Positions 19,992-30,700 of a stretch of 59,427 bases of DNA are shown piece by piece. Position numbers and translations under genes: made by a program. Location: positions 1 through 59,427 of the IMG/VR virus record IMGVR_UViG_3300027985_000562; one strand, 5' to 3'. Within the stretch, counting starts at the first letter, position 1. Each line of letters starts with the position of its first letter. Under the pieces are notes generated by a model. The model did not search any database and was not told the DNA's origin. It was given only the letters and a program-made list of their open reading frames with translations. This stretch comes from a virus (taxonomy: Duplodnaviria; Caudoviricetes).

Positions 19992-21546
19992 GTCCAACTT
20001 CAGGGCCGGACGTGATAATGGAGCCATCACAGAGAACGTTGAATTACTGACCGGCCAGCGCGGCGACGGACTGGACCGCGCGATCACGTTGCGTGAATTA
20101 AATGCGCTCGGGCTAACTACACTGAGCCGTATCAATGGGGTTTACACCTCAAAAAACGGCACGGTCCCAGGCACAACTACGGGAAGTCCGGTTGATTTTC
20201 CCGGTAAACCACTGAACGTCATGGTCAATGGCGCATTCAATACCATCCTGATCCAGTGGGATGAACCGAATTATCGCGGCCATTCTTACGCGGAAGTGTG
20301 GCGCTCGGAGACAAATAACCTGGCGAATGCGGTAATGATTGGTGCATCTGCCGCGCGCATGTATGCGGACCCGATTGGTGGTGACGCGCAAGTGTACTAC
20401 TGGGTGCGCTTTGTGAACCGAAACAATGTGACCGGTCCATACAATGCGACGGCTGGCACTTACGGGGAAACGGCGGTTGATGTCGGGCAATTGCTCGATG
20501 CGCTCTCTGGTCAGATCGCGGAAAGCGAGTTAGCCAGCGCCTTACTGAACAAGGTCAATTATTCCTATAACGGGGTAACAACCTTAAACGATACCGTCGC
20601 CTACATTGACGCCAATGGATCTGCAGCTTACCGCGCAATGTGGGCCGTTAAGGCCAGCGTCGGCAGCATTACTGCCGGTATCGGCCTGATGGTCAGTGGT
20701 AGCACTTCGCAGGTGATGATTTCAGCAACACAGGTCTTTGTCTTCGATCCAAACTCGGTCGCGCCCACACAGGCATTATTTTCTATCACTAATGGCGCGG
20801 TCGTGATGCGGAAGGCCATTATTGAAGCGGCCACAATTGAAACTGTGCAGGCCATGACGATCACGGCTGATTATGTCGTGTCCGGGATCAGTGTTACCTC
20901 ACCGGCAATTGTGGGTGGCAGTATCTCGATCGGCTCTGGTGATGCTTCCATGTATGCATCCGGCGGCTCACTTGGGATTGGGAAAGGCGGACCGTACGGC
21001 GGATGGGGTTATAACTGGCATACCATTATCTACTCAGACGGCTCTATCTATACCGACAGGTTGTATGCGTCTTCCGGATCCTTTACCGGTACGGTGAACG
21101 CGAACGCAGGCACGTTTAATAACGTGACCATCAACAACGCGACGATCAATGATACCTGCAACGTGTTAGGCACCATCTACGCTAACAAGTTAGTCGGGGA
21201 TGTCGTGGCAGTAAAGGTCTGCACTAATGGCACAACGTATAACATTGCCTCGTCATCCAAGGCGCGGCGATTAGTGATTATCCCGTTCAATGTTAAAGCT
21301 TCCGGTACTGGATACAACACCTATATCATTGCCGACGGCTATCTGTACCGGGATGGTGCGGAGGTTGCCCATCAGTCTTATTCCGCGTGGACCGGTGATA
21401 GTAACACTGTAACTGCCGAAGGCGTTGTGTCGTTGGAATGCAGTATTTCCACTGGTTCTACGCATACATTTAAAGTGGTATGGGATGGCTCCGTATCCTC
21501 AGTAATTGCATTGTTAGTCCCTGAAACAACCGGATCAATTTACTGA
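19981..21546 (+). CDS. Tail tip/spike protein (FN3 plus J-like DUF1983 region)
   Basis: ENVELLTGQRGDGLDRAIT, HSYAEVWRS...YYWVRFVNRN and AGIGL...SQVMISATQVFV motifs. Confidence 0.75.
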   Translation: MAVKSNFRAGRDNGAITENVELLTGQRGDGLDRAITLRELNALGLTTLSRINGVYTSKNGTVPGTTTGSPVDFPGKPLNVMVNGAFNTILIQWDEPNYRGHSYAEVWRSETNNLANAVMIGASAARMYADPIGGDAQVYYWVRFVNRNNVTGPYNATAGTYGETAVDVGQLLDALSGQIAESELASALLNKVNYSYNGVTTLNDTVAYIDANGSAAYRAMWAVKASVGSITAGIGLMVSGSTSQVMISATQVFVFDPNSVAPTQALFSITNGAVVMRKAIIEAATIETVQAMTITADYVVSGISVTSPAIVGGSISIGSGDASMYASGGSLGIGKGGPYGGWGYNWHTIIYSDGSIYTDRLYASSGSFTGTVNANAGTFNNVTINNATINDTCNVLGTIYANKLVGDVVAVKVCTNGTTYNIASSSKARRLVIIPFNVKASGTGYNTYIIADGYLYRDGAEVAHQSYSAWTGDSNTVTAEGVVSLECSISTGSTHTFKVVWDGSVSSVIALLVPETTGSIY

Positions 21547-21905
21547 TGAGTGCCCTGCACGACATTGCCAAACAGTGCGGAAATCCAAATCTGCCGCAAG
21601 AAATCTACGAAGCCTGCCTAAATAAGCAGGCTTTTTTGTTTGTGCGGGATGGGGCTGGATGGGTGCTCAAACCAATCCACGAAAACGGCATTCCCGGTGT
21701 ACTGGTCTGGGCGGCATGGTCTGATCGGCAAGATGGGATCAGCACTTATCTTGAGTTTGTGAAGTTTCTTGCCCGCAGAATTGGCGGGAGGTTTTTACGT
21801 TTCCATACAGTCCGCAAGGGTTTTATCAAGGTTGCGCCACGGTTTGGCTGGCAGCGAAAACCAGATGATCCAGACGGGTTCATGGTCTTTGAATTGACAC
21901 TCTGA
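21546..21905 (+). CDS. Putative GNAT-like virion assembly protein
   Basis: VLVWAAWS...ARRIGGRFLRFHTVRKGF...GW; sits before the ejection genes, like T7 gp13. Confidence 0.5.
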   Translation: MSALHDIAKQCGNPNLPQEIYEACLNKQAFLFVRDGAGWVLKPIHENGIPGVLVWAAWSDRQDGISTYLEFVKFLARRIGGRFLRFHTVRKGFIKVAPRFGWQRKPDDPDGFMVFELTL

Positions 21906-21916
21906 AGGGGGTTGCT

Positions 21917-22540
21917 ATGGGGAAAAGCGGCGGCGGCGAAGTCAAGGAAACCAGCTACCAAAAAGCGCAGGCAGATATCGCCGCATCTCAATGGAATATG
22001 TATCAGAACGATCTCAAGCAATACGAAGATCTGTTCATGGATAAGGTGGACAACCTAAACGATGAATCCAACTACGACAAGGTAGCAGGCGATGCAGCAG
22101 CACAAACCACGAGCGCATTTTCTGATACCCAGCAGGCGCTGGCAGACAATATGGCCGCGTCCGGCATTGATCCAACCAGCGGGAAATATCAGGCCACCAT
22201 GGATGATGTAGCCAGAGCGCAGGTTGATTCGCAGGTAGACACCACCAGTCGCGCCCAGAACGCGCAGGCGGACAAGTTTACCGCCGGACTCTCTGACGTG
22301 GCGGCGATTGGTCAGGGTGAAAAAGCGGATGCATTAGAAGGTTATTCCACACTAGCCAGGGCGTCCGGCGACAAAGCGATCTCGGATGCTGAATCTGAAT
22401 TCAATAGCAAACAAGCCACGCTGAATACGATCGGGTCGGTGGCTGGTGCGTATGGCGCGTACAAGATGAATCAAACCCCGAAAGTTGATCCGGGCAGTTC
22501 TTTAAATAATCCCTATCTAGCCAGTGGCAATAAACACTAA
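21917..22540 (+). CDS. Putative internal virion/ejection protein
   Basis: MGKSGGG N-terminus, Ala/Gln-rich helical body and a C-terminal GxxxG segment. Confidence 0.65.
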   Translation: MGKSGGGEVKETSYQKAQADIAASQWNMYQNDLKQYEDLFMDKVDNLNDESNYDKVAGDAAAQTTSAFSDTQQALADNMAASGIDPTSGKYQATMDDVARAQVDSQVDTTSRAQNAQADKFTAGLSDVAAIGQGEKADALEGYSTLARASGDKAISDAESEFNSKQATLNTIGSVAGAYGAYKMNQTPKVDPGSSLNNPYLASGNKH

Positions 22541-22550
22541 GAGGTGAATC

Positions 22551-22928
22551 ATGGGTTATGCATCTGACAAATTTGCCAGTATTACCCGGCAACAATACGC
22601 CGACTGGCTAAATCGATTTCTACCCAAACAACAGCAACTAATGGAACTGGCAAACAACGACTCGCTGTTAAATGCGCAACTGAGCCGGACCGCCGATACC
22701 GCCGCCAATGCTGTGAATACTGCCGAAAAGGCGCAGACAAACCAGATGGCGCGAATGGGGGTTGCGAATGTAACCAATGCCAACGATAACAGCGATAGTC
22801 TGAATAAATCACTGGCTGTTGCCAGTGCGAAAAATGGCACGCGGACCGCCGCCGAAGAGCGCAGTTTGAGCATTCTGGCTGGCAATAATGCGCGTGGGTA
22901 TGTCACCGATTTTAATGAAAATCAGTAG
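22551..22928 (+). CDS. Putative internal virion/ejection protein
   Basis: Helical Ala/Asn-rich protein within the ejection cluster. Confidence 0.6.
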   Translation: MGYASDKFASITRQQYADWLNRFLPKQQQLMELANNDSLLNAQLSRTADTAANAVNTAEKAQTNQMARMGVANVTNANDNSDSLNKSLAVASAKNGTRTAAEERSLSILAGNNARGYVTDFNENQ

Positions 22929-22936
22929 GGGGCGAT

Positions 22937-23173
22937 ATGGGGTACAGCATTCTGGATATCGCCGGTGCTACCCGGCGGCAGGCCATGCAAGGAATGGCGG
23001 ATGTGGCAGATCAGGAGCAGAAGCGTGAAGCGGCAAACAAGAACCTCAAAGAGGCGCAGCGCGCTACCACCATGGGTGCGATTGGCACAGGTGCGGCGGT
23101 AGGCGGGATGGTTGGCGGCCCTTGGGGTGCGGCGGCTGGCGCGGCGATTGGCTTGATTGCATCAATGTTCTAA
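22937..23173 (+). CDS. Glycine-zipper membrane-inserting ejection protein
   Basis: GAIGTGAAVGGMVGGPWGAAAGAAIG. Confidence 0.65.
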   Translation: MGYSILDIAGATRRQAMQGMADVADQEQKREAANKNLKEAQRATTMGAIGTGAAVGGMVGGPWGAAAGAAIGLIASMF

Positions 23174-23182
23174 GGAATTCAC

Positions 23183-24601
23183 ATGAGACTGAACACAAAC
23201 GGTTTAGCGGAAGGGTTTTTAGCTGGCTTCCGCACAATGGCGGCCTATCAGGCACAACAGAAAGCAGACCAGCGCGCCGATGAATCCCTGCAAATGCAAA
23301 AGGACGAAAACACAAAGGCGGAGGGTTGGCGGCAAACAACCTACAATCACAGCTTGAGTCGGGAGAAGATCGCAGATGACCGCTATACCGATGAAACTAA
23401 GTACAATCGTGGGCGACAAGAAAAGATCGATAAGCTGGATGAAGATGTTAAACGTAACCAGATGAGAAACGATAACGCCCGCACTGGCTTTGCAAAACAG
23501 CAAAATGATCGGCAGGCGGCGCTCAGTGAGAAGCAAGATAAACTCACAGATATGCAAATTAGCGCCGCTGAACAACAGAAGTTTACGACGGAAAACTGGG
23601 CGCTGTTACATGGTGGCTGGAACAATATCGTCAGTGGCCGTCCAGTCACGGAGCAGCAGGCAAAAGCGCTGAATGATCCGCGCGCCGGGGCGATGAACGT
23701 GAATAAGTACACGGACAAAAACTATGTAACTGCCGTCACCGGCCTGCAGTCGAACGTTCAACAAATCATGAGCACCTTCAAACCGGAGCAATTCCATAGC
23801 CAGCAATTCTATGACGCGCTGAATACACCACAAATGAAGCAGTTAATGGGGACCGTATTCAATGATGAGGTGCGCCGTAACATTGGGTATGTGGATTCAA
23901 CCGGCAAGAAAGTAGTCGATAAGAAGTTTGCCGGGATCGCGCCGATGGAAAACGGCGGGCTGGCATTGGCGATTACACCAGTGTATGAAGATGGCAGCGA
24001 AGGCAAGCCGCAACCAGTCACCGTCAACCGCAGCAGCGATCCAAATGATCAGGTGCAGGTATTTAATCCGGCTGATATTGTGGGTGTGATCAATGCGCGC
24101 GCCGGGATCGCTAAATCAATTAAAAATCCAGAAACACTGTTACAGGATATCGGAGTGGTCCCGGCGGCAGACGTGAAAGGCTACCGCAAAGAAGTGACTG
24201 ACGCGATCCTGGCTAACAAGAAGTCACTGGCAAAAATCGATCTGGAACTGTCGAAAGGCAATATCACGCCAGAGCGTGCCGCTGAACTGAAGGCAATTGA
24301 AGAAGACTCATTGCGGCAAACGCTTGCCTCCTACAAATCCGTTTATGGTATTGAAGACGCGTCCAATGGCGATAACTCGCCAGCCAAACAAGTCACCATC
24401 TGGACCGGTAACGATCCGCAAAAACAGCAGTATCTGCAATACCTGGTGAAGACTGGAAATTTTGATCCGCAGAATGGCGATGTTGCGCAACTTGAACAGG
24501 GTTACGCCGCATATATCAATGAACAGAAAAACAAATCGCTGGAAGCCGCCGCGCTGCAGGAAAAAGTTGATACCGCCATCAAGAATCAAAACCGCTATTA
24601 A
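23183..24601 (+). CDS. Putative ejection (DNA transfer) protein
   Basis: GLAEGFLAGF amphipathic N-terminus, coiled coil, position before the giant protein. Confidence 0.65.
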   Translation: MRLNTNGLAEGFLAGFRTMAAYQAQQKADQRADESLQMQKDENTKAEGWRQTTYNHSLSREKIADDRYTDETKYNRGRQEKIDKLDEDVKRNQMRNDNARTGFAKQQNDRQAALSEKQDKLTDMQISAAEQQKFTTENWALLHGGWNNIVSGRPVTEQQAKALNDPRAGAMNVNKYTDKNYVTAVTGLQSNVQQIMSTFKPEQFHSQQFYDALNTPQMKQLMGTVFNDEVRRNIGYVDSTGKKVVDKKFAGIAPMENGGLALAITPVYEDGSEGKPQPVTVNRSSDPNDQVQVFNPADIVGVINARAGIAKSIKNPETLLQDIGVVPAADVKGYRKEVTDAILANKKSLAKIDLELSKGNITPERAAELKAIEEDSLRQTLASYKSVYGIEDASNGDNSPAKQVTIWTGNDPQKQQYLQYLVKTGNFDPQNGDVAQLEQGYAAYINEQKNKSLEAAALQEKVDTAIKNQNRY

Positions 24602-24630
24602 TTGGCGAGAGACAGACCTCAGCGTATAAT
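24602..24630 (+). promoter_or_regulatory. Sigma70-like promoter upstream of the giant protein
   Basis: TTGGCG-N17-TATAAT. Confidence 0.6.
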
Positions 24631-24641
24631 CTTCCCAACAT

Positions 24642-24726
24642 GGCCGAACCTTAAACCGTTCGGCCTTTTTCGTTTTTATCCCACCCTCGACCCCTCGGAG
24701 TTTGCGCTTCGGGGGGTTTCTTTTTT
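24642..24726 (+). terminator. Two tandem terminator-like hairpins
   Basis: ggccgaac..gttcggcc+T5 (24642-24670) and gacccctcggag..cttcggggggtt+T-run (24689-24726). Confidence 0.7.
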
Positions 24727-24740
24727 CTGTCACCGAGAGA

Positions 24741-27700
24741 ATGACTATGGCTGACCAGATCAAGTTTGATGAAAAATCCGTTGCTGAATCATGGAACCGC
24801 AACGTCAAGCTACGGGATGAGCTTGCAGCACAGGCAGGACAACCGGATAACCTAGAAATTGGTGTTGGTGATGCGACACTGGCGCTGGGCGGATCTGCCA
24901 TCTCCAATACTGGCGGACTGGTTAAAAACATCAGCCTCGGGGATGCTGTGCGTGCTGGCCGTTCCTATGCGGACGGTTCATTTGTGAAGGGTATCGTTGA
25001 TGGCGCGGTGGATTTAGTCACTGGTGGCAATATCGAAAAAACCAAAGCAGAAGGGAAAGGGTTATTAACGGATGCGCTTGGGTTAGGTGATGTGCATTTC
25101 AATGGTGTTGATCCATCCAAAAACCCAGTGAAGGAAGCTGCAAAAACGGTTGCAAATAAAGCCGCTGACGTTGTGGAAAGCGCAGGTGATGTTGCTGATA
25201 AATACGCGGTTAGACCAGTAGCAAAACCGCTCGGTCAAGCCATTCAGAATGCTGGCGAAGCGGTGAAAGGGTTTGAATCTGAGGACGCGAAGAAAGCCGC
25301 TAATTCGCAATTCTTCACACAAGATGAGAACGGCTATCATTTTGGCGACGCATGGAATGACCCGGCAAAAATTGTCATGCGGATATCAGACGTGATCGGA
25401 ACCATGGCACCTACCATTATCGCCGGTATGCTTACAGAAGGCACGCTGGCACCCATGGTAACAAAGTCCATGATCGGGCGTGGCGTTGGTGAAGAGTTAG
25501 CCAAACAGATCGGGAAGGCTACCGCTGAACGCGTTGCCAGTAAAGTTGTGCTGGCTGGTGGTATGGGGATGTCTATCGGGCAGAGCGCCGATCAGGCACA
25601 TGACGCGGTGAGTGGATTAACACATGAACAGTTGATGAACAGCCCGACGTACCGGGAAAATATTCGCCTCATCAATGCAGATCCCGCCAATCAGTCACTC
25701 TCATCTACTGAACGACTGGAGTTAGCGCGCGAACGGACCGCAGAACAAGCGGCCAGCTATGCCCGCTCTGACCCTGCCACCTACGCTGGGGCAGTCGCCG
25801 GGACCGTGCTGGGTGATTCCTACCTGTTTAAAATGATCACCGGCAAGAAAGAAGCCGCAGAAGTCACCGGTAATATCCTGACGCGATTCGTGAAAGGGAT
25901 GGTGAAAGGTGGATTACGCGAAGGTCCGGGCGAAGGGATTGAGGAAGGCATCCAGAAAAACATCGCTAACCGCGCCAGTAATGAGTTTGCCGGGACTAAT
26001 ATTGATCCGATGGAAGGTGTTGGTTTATCCGCACTGGAAGCGGGCGCGCTTGGCTTTGCTACTGGTGGCGCTGGCGGTGGTATCAGTGCGGATCTTCATG
26101 GTTCATCCAGTCCATCCGTTGACACAAACGCAAACGCTAAGGTAGATACCAACCAGACCACTGCACCAGAAACCACCATTCCATCCAGTGAAGCGGGGGA
26201 AGTGGATATCAATACCGCTATCAAAGAAGTAGCGGACGGGCGCAAAGTACCCGGCGCTTTCTCGATCGGGAAAGGTCCGGAAGGTTATCGCGCAGCCTAT
26301 ATCGATCTTGGTGGCGCGTTGCGTGTCACCAAACCATATGCAACCGCAGTAGAAGCCCAGCAGGACGCGATTAAATCTGTAACACCAAAGGCGGGCAACA
26401 CACAAACCCAAGAAGGACAACCAGCACCAGAAGGACAACCAGGATCCGAAACGGCTGATGCAACGGATGATATGGCAAACATTCCGGCCTATGTCCGTAA
26501 CGGTGAGATGAGCGATGAACTACATGACGTCACCAGACGCACAAGAGCAGAACAGGCCGCGCAGGTGGCGCAGGAACAGGCCGCCGCCGATGTGGGTGTA
26601 ATGCAACCAAACGCCGAGCAGGTGACTGGCGATCCGAACGAACCGGCATTCTTACGCACCCAGAAAACCAATCCGACTGGGCGTGATGTTGGTGGATTGC
26701 CTGAAGCCGATCCCTATACCGAAGCGCAGGCCGCGTTAGCGCGCGGAGAAACCGCACCCACACCAGAGCAACTGGTGCAGGAAGCGATCCGCCAGGGTGA
26801 TCAAGGCAAGACACCAGCAGAAACATCCTACCCATTACGCGGCCAATTGTTACCAGAGCAGCAAGGTCAGACGCTGCCTGCTACTACACCGACTGTGGAA
26901 GGGGTAACGGTAGACGGACAAAGCGATGAAGTGATCCCACCAGAGCGCGGGTTAGGCTATAACGGCGCTATCAATATGAGCGGCCCCGGTGGTAATGGCG
27001 TTAACAATAACTACGTTCCGCCAGTAACCGCCGATCGTGTTTCTACCGATCAGTCTCTCGACAAGGAAACTATTCGTGATCCACGTTCACCAGTGGGTCA
27101 GGCAATTCAGAACGCCGGGAATGAAACTGATGCGATTTTTGATCAACTGAAAACCGTCCGCGTCACCAAGAAGGGGAAACCATTTGCTACTGAGAAAGAA
27201 GCGCAGATGGCAAGCCGCAAGACTGAAACCCCGATTGCACTGCCAACCGGTGGCTTTGGTGTGGTTGAAAAGACAGAACTGGAACAGGCATTAAGCCAAT
27301 GGAAAGCGCAAACACCAGCCAGTTTTGAGGGGGGAATGCCGCAGAATCAGGGCGTCACCTTTACGCCACCTGCTAACCAGCAAACTAATGTCAACAGTAA
27401 AGAACAAACAACAGAGAAACCAGTAAACAAAACAGAAAGTTACAATGAAAGATTAAAATCACGTCAGGATCGCATCAAGGAATCGACTAATGAAAGTGAT
27501 GTTGATCAGATTATTTCTGAGCAGGAAACAGATCCGGAGCGCGACTGGGACACAACAAGATCGCTTGGTTTTTTAGCTGATAAACAAAAAAACCTTTTAC
27601 GCAATCGAGCAAATCAATTAGATAAAGAAAGAAGATTGAACGCCGGTAAATCAGTAAATGCTGGAGAGTTTAGTTATCAAAATGAAGCAGAAAGTTACGC

Positions 27701-30700
27701 CAAAAAGATGAATCAGAAAAATGATGGGTTCATTTATGAAACAAAAGCCCCAACAATGGAACGAGGTCAGGATATGTGGGGCGAAACTATTGATAACAAG
27801 TGGCATGTAACCAAAAAACGTAATATTGCGGATCAGGCAGCAGGTAAGCAAAGTCCTGAAACTGTTACGACTCCGGTAGTGAAAAAGGAAAGTCAGTCGG
27901 TAGTCAGCCCTGATTTAAGCATGGATGCTGATAACAACCAACCAGACGCACCACCGTCCGGCGGTAACGCACCAGAGCAAGCACCGCAAACTCCAGAGCC
28001 AGAGAAGAAACAAGACTATCCATGGACATCCGCCGCGATGAACAAGTATGGCACTATCAATCTGAACGGCGATCAGGCGGCACTCAAACAATGGGCTAAT
28101 GAGCATGGCGTAGTATTTGGCACATCCAAAAACGGGATTGTAGTCGCTAAAAGCTCGGTTCCGTACGTGCAATCCATCCTTGATCAGGAGGCAACCAATG
28201 ATGTCAGCAGCGATGGAGACATTCGTCAGCGTCGTGGAGATGGCGATAACAGAGCAGATACTGAGTCCACTACAGGCACAAGTGATACTAAATCAGGTAA
28301 CGGAAGAGATACCGGGCGTCCTGATGACGCCACCGAGCATGGAGCCGATCATGGAAATACTGGATCTATGGACGGCGGACGAAACACTGATGACGGAGCA
28401 GTAACCACTGAGCAGCCAACGTCAAACGGCAAACAAGTCACGGTCCATACACCAGCAGGCAAGCCAGTAGACACCGAGTATCGTCTAATGGAAGCGGATG
28501 ATCTGATCGCCTCACATGACTTTGATGGCAATACTAACAGTCAATTCCCACAACACCTGCAGCCGCGTGATCGCAGCCGTGCCACTGCCCGCAACCAGTT
28601 ATACCAGATCGCACAAAACCCGGTCCCGGAACGTCTGACTGATAGCGCTGAATCCGATCGCGGTGCGCCAATTGTGAAGGACGGCATTGTTGAGTCTGGG
28701 AATGGCCGCACGATCGGCCTGAAAGAAGCATACCGCCGGGGCAATGCTGCTGCCTATAAACAGTACCTGGCTGATCACGCCAGCGAATATGGACTCACAG
28801 CACAGCAAGTAAACGCCATGAAGAACCCGATCCTTGTTCGTGAACGCCTCACGGAAATGACACCGGAGCAGGTGCGTGAGTTTACTGTGGATAGCAACAA
28901 AGGCGCTGGTTTGTCGCTGGGCGCAACGGAGCAGGCCAACGCGGATGCTGCCGGTTTAAGCAATGAGATCCTGGCTCTGCTTTCTATTCCGGAAGATGGT
29001 GATGTATTGTCCCGCAGTAATGAGCAATTCCTGAATGCGTTTGGTGCGATGCTGGGTAATAACGAACTAGCGCAGTACAAAACCCCAGACGGTGCATGGA
29101 ATCAGGCATTCAAGAAACGGGTAGAAAACGCAATCTTTGCCAAGGGGTACGGGAATCAGGAATTGTTAGCTGAAATTGCCGAGTCAACCAAACCCGAAGT
29201 GAAGAACGTGCTCACTGGTTTGATGAATGTTTCCGGCAAGTTGGCTGAATTGAGAAGTATTGATAACGAAACTGGCGCAACACTGGCGAATATCTTTGCA
29301 GATGCCGCTAATGTGATCGCGCGCAGCCGTCGGGATGGCGTTTCTGTGAAGGATACGCTATCACAAAATGATATGTTCGGTGATGGCGTAAGCAGCGAGG
29401 CTGGAATGTTGGCCGAATGGCTGGATGCCGACGCCCGCAGCGCGAAAAAAATCACTGAACGACTGGGCCGGTTAACGAATAATTTACTGACGAACGCCCG
29501 CAACCAAGATCAGGCTGACATCTTTACCGGTCAACCAGAAACCAAACGCAACGTGAAGGATGTGATCAATGAAGAACGCGGAAGACAAGAACAGCAAGCA
29601 GCCAGCAGACAACAAACCGGAACAGACCTTTTTGGCGCGAATCCGCCACGGCTCGACACCAAAAAGAACGGAGGCATTCCGAGCGATGCTGAACAAGGTA
29701 GACAAGGAAATCAACCAGAAGTAAGCAAGCCAAAAGAAAAGATCACGGATTTTGGTGAGAAGTTAGGCGGCGCGAAAAAGGATCTATGGCATTCCATTAA
29801 AGACAGCATGGAAGGCGAAACCGTAGATGAGATCGCCAGTCTTCCGCTATCTAAATCATGGCCGGAGCCAAACTATCAGAAACTACTGGAGGAAGGTGTG
29901 GATCCTTGGTCGGTCGCGCTGATGCATTCAGTCCGTGATGCGGTGCCAAGTAAACCCAAATCATATGGAGTTGGACGCTGGGCGGAGCAGGTCAAGGGAT
30001 TGCGCGAACTGGCAACCCGCGTACTGGAAAATGAAGAATCCCGCCGCGCCGCAGAGGACTATATCAAGATCGAAGCATCCAAGTCTCGCACCATGCGTGA
30101 TGTATTAAATACGATTGAGCTTTATCAGTTGGTCGGCCATGAGAAAAACCTTTCTAACTTCCGTATTCGTAGTGGTCAGTATTCTGTATTTGATGGTGTG
30201 AAATATGATCCACCAAAAACGATCTGGACCATCGAACAGCGCGGCAAAAATCGCTCACTTAGTAATTGGCCGCGTCAATCATTGCACGCGGATACCCGCA
30301 ATGAATTGCTGGAAAACTTCAAAAAAACCTACACTGAATTACTCGCGCAAGGCACGCCAAAACGCCTGACTACGTTTGAGGTGTATAGCTACCGGGATGG
30401 AAGTGGTTATTTTGCTGGTAAAAAAATTGGCCGTCATCCAGTTGCGCTTTCCGATACCTTTAAAACCAGCCGCGAGGTAAGAGACTACATCAAAGAACAC
30501 CATGACGAACTGGTGACAAAACTGGAGAAATACAAAGAGATCCCATCTGAACGCCGCGACACCAACAATCCGCGCGTCGGGGAGGATATGCGTAATGGTC
30601 AGGATGTGACACCGGAAATGTTTGGGGAGGCGTTTGGCTTCCGTGGCGTCGAGTTCGGGAACTGGGTAGAACAGAAAAAACGTCAGGCCGATCTGAATAA

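Noticed and set aside
22937-23173. Bacteriocin-like glycine-zipper peptide
   Set aside because: It lies in the ejection-protein cluster, where GxxxG membrane-inserting helices are expected; no immunity or export genes are nearby.
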